Virus record (IMG/VR): IMGVR_UViG_2541047729_000013 | DNA length: 41,685 nucleotides | Strand: one strand, 5' to 3' | Source of the DNA: a virus | Lineage: Duplodnaviria > Heunggongvirae > Uroviricota > Caudoviricetes | In this document: one piece after another, positions 18,142-27,478 of the stretch | Position numbering within the stretch: the first letter of the stretch is position 1 | Layout of the letters: every line of letters begins with the position of its first letter | Program-made: the position numbers and the translations under genes | Notes under the pieces: generated by a model | Databases searched by the model: none | Seen by the model: only the letters and a program-made list of their open reading frames with translations | Told to the model about the DNA's origin: nothing

Positions 18142-20612
18142 CAGAATCCCCCAACAGTAAGGCGAGGAATAACGGCAAGAACAGACAGCGGCAACGGATC
18201 AAGCTGACGGATTTTTACACGTCCGTTTTTGCCCCAGTTACTGTCCAGTTTCACTTCTACTTTTCCGGTAGCATCATCAACAGGATCATCGTAGAACTCG
18301 AATTCACGCTGTGGATATTCGTACCATTTACCGCCGGGCGTAGTCGCCCAGATGCCGCGACTGGCATTCACAACCAGAGTAACGGAGGGGATCACCTGTT
18401 TTTTGTCCAGCAGCGTTTCCTGTCCGTTAATGTTGATATCCAGTGTTTCGAATTCAGCAGTTATTGGCAGGCCGATGTGCACTACAGCCCCCGGAGATTC
18501 CAGCGTGACGGCACCTCCGGAAACCACTTTCTGTGGTTCCACGTTCGCATCAGAGAGAATGTTTACGGTCTGGCCTTCAAGATGAGACAGGCCTCCAAAT
18601 GTCCGGCGCGCCATCTGCCAGTTCGTGGTGGCCACATTCCTGAGGGATGGCGGGACGTTCCTGTTAGCACGAACCACTACAGCGGTATTGCTGGTTACAG
18701 AAATAATGTCGCAACGTAATTCTTTTGACACTTCATCGCCAGTATCAGGATCAGTTCCGGTATAAGGGAACTGTAGTTGCGCGCCGACATCACTACTGGT
18801 GAAGTACGCACCACCAGAAACACTGATTGTATATTCCGCACGGTAATCCCATTCACCAGAACCACCAGTGATGGTCATCGTTCTGTCAGACGTATTTCTT
18901 CCATCATAGCTAAGGCCAGAATCAACAAAGAAAGCATCTTCATCGCTGGTAAATAAACGGCTGGACAGTCGCTCGATGTATCTCACTGTTTGCCCGTTAA
19001 CGGTTCGGTTAATGACGAAATACACCGCATCTTCATTGCCTTCGCTGATACTGCATGTGCTTTCATATTTTCCGGTACTGGACTGTGGTGCCCATGCAAA
19101 AACCTGTTGATCACGCAAATAGGTCATCACCAGTAATTTACCGTCATCACGAATGCAGAAGGCGCTGGAGTAAGGGACAATAGAGAAGCACCAGTCAACA
19201 ATGCTGTGCTTCTGAAAAAGATGATTGGCAAGGATAGTAAGGTCGTTCCCCTGATAGCCGTCAACATCGAATGAGTAGGCCAGATCACGGACAACACTGC
19301 CTTTCTCCTGGACGAACAGAGCAATATTCGCCACGGCAATTGGTGGGACATTGCTCGAACCATTTGATCCCTGAGAGCTGAATGCAAATGATGATGGAGT
19401 TAATACTTTGTTCTGGTCGCCGGTGATGACGTACTCACCTCCGGAAGTCAGTGCCACCAGCGAACCGACATCAATCAGGTGGCGGATCTCATTAACCTGA
19501 CGCCCGGCATAGGTGTAGATAATTCTGTCGTCATCCTGCGTAGGATTGCTTTTGCCAAAATCCTTATAATCCCCAGTACGGCTGGCCCAGATAGTCTGAG
19601 GGAACGCTGTCGATGCGGCGAAGTAAAGACGTTGTTGATAATAAACAACCGTGCCAGGATAACCGTTAACACTGTTCCAGGCATATTTAGCCCATTTATA
19701 GCTGGCATTATCCTCGCCAACGACCTGCGAAGGGATATAGGAAATCACCTCAGCAGTTGCAGTAGTGCCATTTACAGCAGTTATACGGGCAATGCCAAAA
19801 CCACTGTGCAGATACTCCCACTCAATGCCAGTATCATCATCACCGGATCCGCCCCAGCCATCCCATGATGTGCCTTCTGTATGCGAAGGGCGCAAAGTGC
19901 CTGTTTTGCCTGCTGTAACGGCGCGATAGTAGTTACTGTCTGCACGGCGAATATCGCCAATCGACGTACTCTTACTGGTTTCCCATACCGGCACAGAATC
20001 CACTGCAGGCTGTTCCAGATAGAACAATTTGCCTACCTGCTCCGCGCCAAAAATAGAGGCGCTTGCCGTTAACGTAATTGTCCCGGTGCTGGCGCTGGCA
20101 TAAACCGTCACTGACTCATCAATATTGATATCTTCAAATGGCCCGTTCTTCGTTACCACATCAACCAGTTGCCAGTTGTCATGCGCATAGCGGCGCAGCT
20201 CTTTCGGCGGGTATGCCGGGTGAACCAGCGTAAGCACGTCGGCGCTTTGCGTGAATTTAATTCGGAACAGATCGGCTTCAGTATATGGCGTGGCAATTTC
20301 ATAAATAACATTGCTGCTGTTCAGCACCAACGCACCATCTTTGATAACGCGCATGTACTGGTGTCCGAACTCCAGAGCATAAGTCTGAACCGTCGAGAAT
20401 TGGAACGGGATCAGGCGGCATTTCCGATTTGGGTATTTGGCGGCACCGACAAAACGCGTACCAGGTCGATTCTCAACGCCGCCATACTGCCGCACGATAA
20501 AGTTATCGCACTTGCGCAATGCTACCTGGTACTTCGCCATGTCAATACGCCCGTACAACGACGGTCCAATCTCACCACCGGCAAAGCTGGGCTGGATCCA
20601 ACTGATAGCCAT
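18141..20612 (-). CDS. Tail tubular protein B-like (gp12-like position)
   Basis: 823 aa, immediately after the about 200-aa tubular-A-like gene; size and order as in T7-like tail modules. Confidence 0.5.
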   Translation of the reverse strand: MAISWIQPSFAGGEIGPSLYGRIDMAKYQVALRKCDNFIVRQYGGVENRPGTRFVGAAKYPNRKCRLIPFQFSTVQTYALEFGHQYMRVIKDGALVLNSSNVIYEIATPYTEADLFRIKFTQSADVLTLVHPAYPPKELRRYAHDNWQLVDVVTKNGPFEDINIDESVTVYASASTGTITLTASASIFGAEQVGKLFYLEQPAVDSVPVWETSKSTSIGDIRRADSNYYRAVTAGKTGTLRPSHTEGTSWDGWGGSGDDDTGIEWEYLHSGFGIARITAVNGTTATAEVISYIPSQVVGEDNASYKWAKYAWNSVNGYPGTVVYYQQRLYFAASTAFPQTIWASRTGDYKDFGKSNPTQDDDRIIYTYAGRQVNEIRHLIDVGSLVALTSGGEYVITGDQNKVLTPSSFAFSSQGSNGSSNVPPIAVANIALFVQEKGSVVRDLAYSFDVDGYQGNDLTILANHLFQKHSIVDWCFSIVPYSSAFCIRDDGKLLVMTYLRDQQVFAWAPQSSTGKYESTCSISEGNEDAVYFVINRTVNGQTVRYIERLSSRLFTSDEDAFFVDSGLSYDGRNTSDRTMTITGGSGEWDYRAEYTISVSGGAYFTSSDVGAQLQFPYTGTDPDTGDEVSKELRCDIISVTSNTAVVVRANRNVPPSLRNVATTNWQMARRTFGGLSHLEGQTVNILSDANVEPQKVVSGGAVTLESPGAVVHIGLPITAEFETLDININGQETLLDKKQVIPSVTLVVNASRGIWATTPGGKWYEYPQREFEFYDDPVDDATGKVEVKLDSNWGKNGRVKIRQLDPLPLSVLAVIPRLTVGGF

Positions 20613-21220
20613 CAGGACAACCTCGCAATGGTAAACTCATCAACCGGTGGCTGTGGTTCCTGTGATTCATTCTGGCTATGCGAGCCAGCACTAAGAATCA
20701 CGCGATTGTACATATTGAGGGCAAACGTACCGAGGTCTGCATTCCCAGTCAGCGCCATGTTAATAGCTGCCGCAAGACGCCAGGCCAACGCCTCCATAAA
20801 AATGGCATCAAACATGTTCACATCTGTAACGCGAGAGACATACTTGAGCCATGCCTGAGGCTGGTCTGTGTAGATCAACTTTCCTGTTCCGTTGGTGTCT
20901 GCACCAACTTCGTACTGAACGCGCATTGCTGCTGTTGGATTGCGTACACCAGGAAGCATAATTTCAGTAATGCGCAGACAATCTGACGGGTACTGGTACG
21001 CATATTCCCAGTCAGGCGGTGGATTGCTCGTATCTGCAAGCGCCACGCGTTTGGTAGCAAAGTTCCAGTCAAAATCAGAAAGCACAGCATCACGACAGGC
21101 CTCAAAGTGCAGCGAACATTCCCCCGCTTCCTTGCTGGCTTCCGTCAGGCTGTTAATGCTGCGGCTGTTGCCAATATTGGACAGCGCACGATTACAGATC
21201 TCTACTACAGAGGCCATCAC
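20612..21220 (-). CDS. Tail tubular protein A-like (gp11-like position)
   Basis: 202 aa; order and size match a podovirus gp11 analogue; coupled start. Confidence 0.45.
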   Translation of the reverse strand: MMASVVEICNRALSNIGNSRSINSLTEASKEAGECSLHFEACRDAVLSDFDWNFATKRVALADTSNPPPDWEYAYQYPSDCLRITEIMLPGVRNPTAAMRVQYEVGADTNGTGKLIYTDQPQAWLKYVSRVTDVNMFDAIFMEALAWRLAAAINMALTGNADLGTFALNMYNRVILSAGSHSQNESQEPQPPVDEFTIARLS

Positions 21221-21546
21221 TCACCTCCGTTACCGTACAGAGTTTCAGCCGCTGATTTTTCTACATCCCCGGAAACAGGAGCGATCGCCATATCAGTGAT
21301 CTGCAGATCGGCGCTGCGATTAACGCCATCGTTAGTTTCTCTGGCAGACAGGCCTCGAATAACAGCCTTTGCAGTTATCATCACTTCCGTTCCGACGCCC
21401 TTAGGTTGCGCCTTCAGCTTATTCAATGTGTCGTTATTAAGAGTGATGCACAGCCCCCACGGGTATTCATCGCGAGTTCTGGTTTCTCCGCTCTCATCCT
21501 GGTAGCTGTCAGTGCCGGTTTTGAGGTTTACGAGTTCCATATACAC
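21217..21546 (-). CDS. Hypothetical head/tail connector-region protein
   Basis: 109-aa ORF in the structural operon; overlapping stop/start with the downstream gene. Confidence 0.5.
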   Translation of the reverse strand: MYMELVNLKTGTDSYQDESGETRTRDEYPWGLCITLNNDTLNKLKAQPKGVGTEVMITAKAVIRGLSARETNDGVNRSADLQITDMAIAPVSGDVEKSAAETLYGNGGE

Positions 21547-21551
21547 TCCTG

Positions 21552-21572
21552 CAATAAAGGGGCCGAAGCCCC
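21552..21572 (-). terminator. Intra-operon hairpin / partial terminator in the late operon
   Basis: GGGGC-TTCG-GCCCC hairpin followed on the minus strand by TTTATT; between genes ending at 21591 and starting at 21546. Confidence 0.45.
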
Positions 21573-21590
21573 TTGTCTGATCCGCGAGGC

Positions 21591-21935
21591 TTACACGCCC
21601 AGTTCTTTACGCTTATCTGCGATCTTCTCGCGGAGCGTTTCGGCTTTGGCGTTATGGTGTGGCTTCTCGTTAAAGAGCAATTCGTACTCTTCACGGAGCT
21701 TATCCAGTTCACCATCATCTGACACATCGTTGATGATTTTGGTGCTGGTTGCTGCCATAGACACCTTTCCTGCTACCTTTGCTTTTGCCTGTCTGGCTGC
21801 ATCGTTAACAGGTTCCAGTGCGCTACCAGGCTCACCTTCGTATTCGATTTCTGCCCCCTCCGGCCACAGAGTGTTATGGATATGAGAGAGGCGCAGAACG
21901 CGGTATCTTGGTTTCTCACCTGACATCGATATCAC
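21591..21935 (-). CDS. Hypothetical structural-module protein
   Basis: 114-aa charged protein between the capsid-associated genes and the hairpin. Confidence 0.5.
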   Translation of the reverse strand: MISMSGEKPRYRVLRLSHIHNTLWPEGAEIEYEGEPGSALEPVNDAARQAKAKVAGKVSMAATSTKIINDVSDDGELDKLREEYELLFNEKPHHNAKAETLREKIADKRKELGV

Positions 21936-21936
21936 C

Positions 21937-22374
21937 TTAACCAGTTACTTTTGAGAGGATCGGATACGGCGTATTGGCATCAACATCAAGACTGATACCA
22001 GCAGTGAATTCGCCAGCCGTTAGTGGGCCAGTTGCGACGGAGTAGTTAACACGCAGATATCGCTGAACACCGGCAGGCACCTTTGCAGAAACAACTCGTT
22101 TACCTGCTGTCAGGGCGGTCTTTGCCAGTGCGCCACTATCATAAATAGTGGTCCATGAGCTGTTATTCTCACTCGTCTGCAACTGGATGTTTACAGTTGC
22201 ATCACCGCTTGCCGCGGCGGCTGTGTTAACCAGCGCCCAAAACTCAAGCGGGTAACCCACGCCGATATCACGACGTTTTCCGTCAATTGGACCGAGATCG
22301 ATTACGTCAGTAGAAGCCGCGGTATTCGTAACCGCCTGAGCTTCGGAGAACATCAACAGTTTGTCGGTGATCAT
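21937..22374 (-). CDS. Hypothetical capsid-associated protein (possible decoration protein)
   Basis: 145 aa, Ala/Thr/Gly-rich, directly downstream of the major capsid gene. Confidence 0.5.
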   Translation of the reverse strand: MITDKLLMFSEAQAVTNTAASTDVIDLGPIDGKRRDIGVGYPLEFWALVNTAAAASGDATVNIQLQTSENNSSWTTIYDSGALAKTALTAGKRVVSAKVPAGVQRYLRVNYSVATGPLTAGEFTAGISLDVDANTPYPILSKVTG

Positions 22375-22425
22375 CTTCTTTCTCCATTAGTGGGTCTGTT
22401 ACGACCCACAGGTTAATAACAGGCG

Positions 22426-23418
22426 TTACACCACGCGGGCTTCTGTTTCCAGAAGCGCATCAGTTTCACGGATTGGTACACCACGGAATGAAGTCCACCA
22501 CTCGCCTTCTGTCTCTTTTACGCTGATCGCCAGAGATGTTTTCTCCAGAGATTGCAGATCAAGAGCCTGGCCTACAGTGCGGTTCATGTAGAACACCGGG
22601 CGACCCATGCCACGATTTGGAATGCGATGCAGTGCTTTAACCATCAACTTCGCAATATTTGCGGCAGAGGAAGGTTCTGAAAGATTGCTGACATCGATGT
22701 TTGCAATGCGAACAACATAACGCCAGTCACGCAGAGCAAGTCCGTTGTCCCATTTGTAATGGGTACGGTAGCCTTCGTACTTGCCGCCATTAGCATCTTC
22801 CAGTGTCACCTGGCCTTTATCTTCCATCTGAATGCCAGCCTTCTGCCCTTTCGGGAAGATGCCATGCACTGTGTTTTCGCCCCACACCACTAACCAGATT
22901 GAGGTGTTATCTGTACCCGTGCCACCAGCATCAATGATGTTCTGAGCATTACCTGCAGACAGGCTGGAATAGCGGGAGGACAGTCCCATAAACTGCTGAG
23001 GGTTAACGCTGGAATCACCATAAAACAGCGTCTGCGCCATCTGCTGATTCATCGCTTCAATAAATGCGCGGTCTTCAGACAGGCGGAATTCGGCGGTATT
23101 ACCGTTCAGATCAGCCAGTGACTTATCGACTTCAGCATAGGTTTCCAGCATTCCAACGGAATCGGTGACCTGCACTGTGGTTGATTTGCTTGGCTGTACG
23201 CCATAGTTCAGCAAACGCCAGGTGGCTGAAGGTAAACCAGAACGAATGGTGGTTCGGTGTCCGGTAGGAAGGTTCCCTTCGACAAAAGGCATATCCTGAA
23301 GGATCGGGTTAGTTTGACCGAGAAGCTCGATAATCTTATCGACTTTCCCGTTTTTATCGACGCGCTTACCCCAGTCAGCCAGCGTTAGCGCAGTTAAGCC
23401 TTTAACAGCCATTGTCAT
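22426..23418 (-). CDS. Major capsid protein
   Basis: 330 aa; follows the scaffold-like gene and portal in the canonical order; a stem-loop (GTGGGTC...GACCCAC) sits just after its stop. Confidence 0.7.
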   Translation of the reverse strand: MTMAVKGLTALTLADWGKRVDKNGKVDKIIELLGQTNPILQDMPFVEGNLPTGHRTTIRSGLPSATWRLLNYGVQPSKSTTVQVTDSVGMLETYAEVDKSLADLNGNTAEFRLSEDRAFIEAMNQQMAQTLFYGDSSVNPQQFMGLSSRYSSLSAGNAQNIIDAGGTGTDNTSIWLVVWGENTVHGIFPKGQKAGIQMEDKGQVTLEDANGGKYEGYRTHYKWDNGLALRDWRYVVRIANIDVSNLSEPSSAANIAKLMVKALHRIPNRGMGRPVFYMNRTVGQALDLQSLEKTSLAISVKETEGEWWTSFRGVPIRETDALLETEARVV

Positions 23419-23426
23419 TTCCTCTC

Positions 23427-24128
23427 TTATTTGCCATAGAGCACTTCGGCCGCACTACGCTGGCCTTCATTACCACCGGTGACCATGCCATCTTCAGACA
23501 TCGCCTTTCCGATTTTCACGAACGTTTTGACCAGATCAGGGTGATTACCCAGCCCGGTGGTGTTCAGATATTCTTTGAGTTCAGGTGTCCCGAACTGGTC
23601 AAGCGCACGCTGTGCGGCGCTAAGGTTAGAAATCAACTTGTCGCCACCGATTTCTTTGTCAGCTTTTACATCCGCAGCCCACTGCTCGGTTGTTTTCTGC
23701 CAGGCTTCTGCCTGGCGCTGCTGAACACCTGCCAGAATCTTCGGATAAGCATCAACCAGCTTTTGCGCTTGCTCGTTGGTCAGGTTAAGTTCTCGCGCCA
23801 CCGGCTCGAATTCCTTCAACGCTTCTGTATCCAGCTCTACGCCTTCGGCAGCCTGAAACTCGTACTTCTCAGGCGCACCCTCTGGTTTATCGCCGTCCTT
23901 TTTTTCATCCTGCTTATCGTTTTCAGGCTTTTTGTCATCAGCAGGTTTATCGCCATCAGCAACAGGTTGTGGCTTATCACCTTCCTGTTGTGATGGATCA
24001 CCAACTGGAGCAGGGTTATCACCTGCAGGCGCTGACGGTTCTGACGCAGCCGGAGCTGCTCCACCATCGACTGGTTGCTCATTGCAAAGACGGCTATACA
24101 GCAAACGCTCAAATAAATTCATGATCAC
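23427..24128 (-). CDS. Scaffolding protein
   Basis: 233 aa; acidic Pro/Asp/Lys-rich N-terminal half and helical C-terminal half; located between portal and capsid genes. Confidence 0.6.
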   Translation of the reverse strand: MIMNLFERLLYSRLCNEQPVDGGAAPAASEPSAPAGDNPAPVGDPSQQEGDKPQPVADGDKPADDKKPENDKQDEKKDGDKPEGAPEKYEFQAAEGVELDTEALKEFEPVARELNLTNEQAQKLVDAYPKILAGVQQRQAEAWQKTTEQWAADVKADKEIGGDKLISNLSAAQRALDQFGTPELKEYLNTTGLGNHPDLVKTFVKIGKAMSEDGMVTGGNEGQRSAAEVLYGK

Positions 24129-24421
24129 TCCTGTTCACTGGCCTCTTTGGCCATCTTCAAATACTGTTCAGGACAATGCGCCATAACGCGCTGAAACAGT
24201 TCCAGCGCCAGATTGCGTTGCCCCTCATTAAATGCCATTGCCATAGCGTCCATCGGTGAGATAGCGGAAAACACACGGCCTTTCTCCAGCACCGACCAGA
24301 CAACGCGACGCCCCTGTTCACTGCTCATGACAAAGCGAATGTCATCAATTTCACGCTGTGCCATGTCACGTTGCTTACGGGCGTTTTCTTCTTTCAGTTG
24401 ATCGTCTTCGTAATCTGTCAT
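24125..24421 (-). CDS. Hypothetical protein between portal and scaffold genes
   Basis: 98-aa acidic ORF, translationally coupled on both sides. Confidence 0.5.
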   Translation of the reverse strand: MTDYEDDQLKEENARKQRDMAQREIDDIRFVMSSEQGRRVVWSVLEKGRVFSAISPMDAMAMAFNEGQRNLALELFQRVMAHCPEQYLKMAKEASEQE

Positions 24422-26097
24422 TGTGATTGCCCACCCTGACCACTAACTGCATTCGCCATAGCTGACAAAACACTCGGATCCGAAGTTTTAGCTTCGCTTA
24501 GCGTCTTGGCACCCTGTGCCGCCGCCATCCCCATCGCCATCATTTGTTGCTGCTGTTGCTGCTGTGCCCGTTGCTGGCGAGCCTGCTCAACCTGTTCCTG
24601 CGGAACAATGACGGTTGGAGACACTCCGGACATATCAGCGAATGCATCGATCGCCTGATCAACGTTGAGTTTGTCGAGAGCTTCTGGTTTCGCTTGCGCA
24701 AGTTGACCAATGAAGTTAACCGTGGACGCCAGACTGGACAGGCCGATAGACTTCTGCGCCTGAGCCATGACGGAAATGTATTCGACCTTCAGGGGCATAC
24801 CTTCCATCACGTCTGGCGGTGGCGGCAGCATGTTTTTACGCACCATCATCGAGAAAGAGCGGTCAATGAGAGGATTAAGACATTCGTCGTTCAGACGCTC
24901 CAGAACCGGCCCCAACATCAGAAGTTTTTCTTCTTTCATTTCGATCACCGCTTCAACAGGCATCGAGCGGGTATTGATGTTCTGCAACATCATGAACAGA
25001 TCGACAAAGTAGGCGCTGTTAATGATTTGACGAGTGTCCTGAATGTCTGCCACCAAATCTGCTGTACTGGGGTTAACCAGATAAGCAGGCCTGAAACCAT
25101 CCTGACCAGTAATCTGATCGATATACGTGATGTCGCCAGGAAGAAGGGAGGCACGCTGATTCTTGAGGGAAGTCGGAGCAACCATCGGCGGATTGGTGGC
25201 TTTATCAATCAACTGCGACTTGCGCTTCTGAAGAAGCTGCAATGCCTTAACAGATCCAAGCGCCAGCATACCCGGGCATGATGATCCATAAACATCTTCG
25301 CCGTTAACTTCCCAGCGCGGAGCCATAATTGGAAACTCATCGAATCCGGACTCACGCAACAACTTGTCGTTATCGCCACCAACCTCGTAATAAACCGATT
25401 TGAATGGCTTGTTCTTGCTATCCAGCTTCGATGTATCGCGGTCAATGTTCGGGTAAACCGAATGCATCACTTCAATCCACTTCTCGTAGGTGCCGCTTTC
25501 CCACATGCTTTTTACGGATTCGCTGACGTTATTTAGTCCGAACTCCTGAACAAGCTGACGAACAGTCATAGAGAACTTGCGAAAACAGGTGTCCACACTG
25601 CCACGAGGTGAGTTAGCCAGGTAGTAACTGCCTATCGGGAATGGCATTGTGCGAATGATGTCCTCGTCATCCTCCAGCACTGCCATTGCACCAGTGCTGT
25701 ATGTGCCGAGGCTTCCGTATAACTGCGGCAGCGACTGATAGAGATTCGACTTATTGAACATATCGTTCATGCGGTTCTGCACCGCCTCAAGCCACAACTT
25801 AACAGGGCCATAATCCATCATTTCAGGATCTGGCGTAGCCAGGCGAAACCACGGACGCGCGGGGCTTGTGATGCCTGACATCATGCCGCTGGCGAGAGTG
25901 CGCGCCGCCATAGTCCCGGTCGAATCAATAATGCGTGTATTGCGTCGATCGTTACGGTTAACCTCAGAAGTCAGAAAGCGGGAACCACGCGGGTTGATGT
26001 AATCACTCAACTCGCGCCAGTGCGGCTCGAACGACTGACGCTCGCTTTCAAGTTGTGCGAACTGTTTGTTCAATCGCTCTTTAGTTGTTTCCGCCAT
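24418..26097 (-). CDS. Portal protein
   Basis: 559 aa; first large gene after the terminase genes; Gln/Ala-rich C-terminal tail; size and position typical of a podovirus portal. Confidence 0.75.
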   Translation of the reverse strand: MAETTKERLNKQFAQLESERQSFEPHWRELSDYINPRGSRFLTSEVNRNDRRNTRIIDSTGTMAARTLASGMMSGITSPARPWFRLATPDPEMMDYGPVKLWLEAVQNRMNDMFNKSNLYQSLPQLYGSLGTYSTGAMAVLEDDEDIIRTMPFPIGSYYLANSPRGSVDTCFRKFSMTVRQLVQEFGLNNVSESVKSMWESGTYEKWIEVMHSVYPNIDRDTSKLDSKNKPFKSVYYEVGGDNDKLLRESGFDEFPIMAPRWEVNGEDVYGSSCPGMLALGSVKALQLLQKRKSQLIDKATNPPMVAPTSLKNQRASLLPGDITYIDQITGQDGFRPAYLVNPSTADLVADIQDTRQIINSAYFVDLFMMLQNINTRSMPVEAVIEMKEEKLLMLGPVLERLNDECLNPLIDRSFSMMVRKNMLPPPPDVMEGMPLKVEYISVMAQAQKSIGLSSLASTVNFIGQLAQAKPEALDKLNVDQAIDAFADMSGVSPTVIVPQEQVEQARQQRAQQQQQQQMMAMGMAAAQGAKTLSEAKTSDPSVLSAMANAVSGQGGQSQ

Positions 26098-26344
26098 TTC
26101 AATGACTCCGGTTACTGACCAAGCAGCGTTTTACCGCTGGTATTAGCGGTTGATGTGTCGCCCTGAGAACCGGTAAGCAGCGTAGAACTACGACCAGCAG
26201 CAACGCGACGGCGACGTGTTTCTTCGTCGCGGGCATCAACAACGGCGGCATCCTGCTCCTGTGGTGCTGCCTGAACTTCTGGTGTTGCAGGCACTGATGG
26301 TGAGCTACCCATGCACATATCAATGACTCCGTACGCAATTAAAT

Positions 26345-26424
26345 TATTACCAATTTAACCACATATGATTTATTTATCGTAGATAGTTGACATTTAACGC
26401 ACAAATTATTACCTTTCAGGTAAC
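26345..26424 (+). promoter_or_regulatory. Repeated promoter/operator module (ATTACC-N7-CCACATATG ... TTGACA ... ATTACCTTTCAGGTAAC)
   Basis: Near-identical copy of the module at 6567-6633 (operator core ATTACCTTTCAGGTAA identical); faces the tRNA-Arg gene 320 nt downstream. Confidence 0.5.
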
Positions 26425-26745
26425 CAAAGAGTTCATTCCGGTTACTAACCTGACTGGCTTGTCGTTAAATTGAACAGGTGGAGTGAGCTTTTATTTTGAG
26501 CAGTACGGCGTATGGCACATGCGCCGATAGCGGTCTGGATACGTTTAAGGGGCACCCTCCCTTGCTCGGGCAAACGAACCAGGTAGCCGGAATGTGCAAG
26601 TCGAGCGGTTTTATTCCGCGCACGGGGATTCACCATCCCGGCGATTCGGTGTGACGCCTCGGAAGAGACGAGGGTACAACGATGAGAGCATTTATGGAGC
26701 CGCGACAAAGTGTGGCGCCTTAACAGGCTAAGTGCTCTCAGCGTT

Positions 26746-26822
26746 GTGGCATTAGCTCAGTTGGACAGAGCAACCGCCTTCTAAGCGGTTGGTCGCAGGT
26801 TCGAATCCTGCATGCCACGCCA
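26746..26822 (+). tRNA. tRNA-Arg (anticodon UCU), phage-encoded
   Basis: Hand-folded cloverleaf: acceptor GTGGCAT/ATGCCAC, D-stem GCTC/GAGC, anticodon stem ACCGC/GCGGT with loop CTTCTAA (anticodon TCT), T-arm GCAGG-TTCGAAT-CCTGC, discriminator G, encoded CCA. Confidence 0.85.
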
Positions 26823-26866
26823 GAATCACGCCTAAGGACCGTGATGCCAGAAGTTCCAGGTGCTTG

Positions 26867-26907
26867 GCGGTGATGGTTTCCCTTGAAGGACTATCACCGC
26901 CCTTTTT
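26867..26907 (+). terminator. Hairpin plus T-run downstream of the tRNA
   Basis: GGCGGTGAT ... ATCACCGCC (long loop) followed by CTTTTT. Confidence 0.4.
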
Positions 26908-27016
26908 ACAGCAGGACGCCATTGCGATGACTTCATGCTGTAAACCAGTACAGCCACGGAAGGCATAACTCATTGCTTCCGGTTCGCCGGGCATTTTTTT
27001 AAGGTGAGATTAGACT

Positions 27017-27388
27017 ATGAGTGACAAAGACATTGAATCTGAAATTCAGGCTAAAGGTTTAGCCGCGCCGCGCGTTACGCCAGACCATATCGAGAGCATT
27101 ATTGCTCAGGAGGCATATTTCACAGCAGAAGATGGTGCCTTTGGCGTAGCCATAAAAGCGAAACATACTGGCGGAGAGGTAAACTACCAGCCGCACGAAT
27201 CACTTTCTCTGCTGACGTTCTGCGTCCTGGTGCTGCGCAACGGCTTCACCGTCACCGGAGAGAGCGCCTGTGCAAGCCCGGAAAACTTTGATGCGGAAAT
27301 TGGTCGGAAGATTGCCCGGCAGAATGCTGTAAACAAAATCTGGATGCTTGAAGGTTACTTGCTGAAGCAGAAGTTAAGCGAGCAATAA
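27017..27388 (+). CDS. Hypothetical moron protein (123 aa) co-oriented with the tRNA
   Basis: RBS GGTGAG; opposite strand to the surrounding structural operon; followed by an intrinsic terminator; no function assigned. Confidence 0.6.
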   Translation: MSDKDIESEIQAKGLAAPRVTPDHIESIIAQEAYFTAEDGAFGVAIKAKHTGGEVNYQPHESLSLLTFCVLVLRNGFTVTGESACASPENFDAEIGRKIARQNAVNKIWMLEGYLLKQKLSEQ

Positions 27389-27408
27389 CACCGTGACATG
27401 TCACAAAC

Positions 27409-27435
27409 AGCCAGCCGATGAGCTGGCTTTGTTTT
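27409..27435 (+). terminator. Rho-independent terminator after the 27017-27388 gene
   Basis: AGCCAGC-CGATGA-GCTGGCT followed by TTGTTTT. Confidence 0.65.
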
Positions 27436-27478
27436 ATCCTCACCAGAGGATATCTCCGTCATTATCCCCGCTAACGGA

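Noticed and set aside
24544-25281. Long plus-strand ORF (245 aa) inside the portal gene, and similar antisense ORFs at 1748-2404, 20169-20858, 28215-28721 and 36158-36574
   Set aside because: All lie entirely within well-supported genes on the opposite strand, lack RBS-like sequences and have low-complexity or Arg/Ser/Cys-rich translations typical of shadow frames.
26445-26708. Minus-strand ORF (87 aa) in the tRNA leader
   Set aside because: No RBS, Arg/His/Ser-rich composition, antisense to the moron transcription unit; more likely a GC-rich noncoding leader.
26746-26822. tRNA-Arg as the integration site or prophage boundary
   Set aside because: Phage morphogenesis genes continue on both sides (TerL to the right, portal to the left) and the integrase is 14 kb away at the right edge, so the tRNA is phage cargo, not attB.
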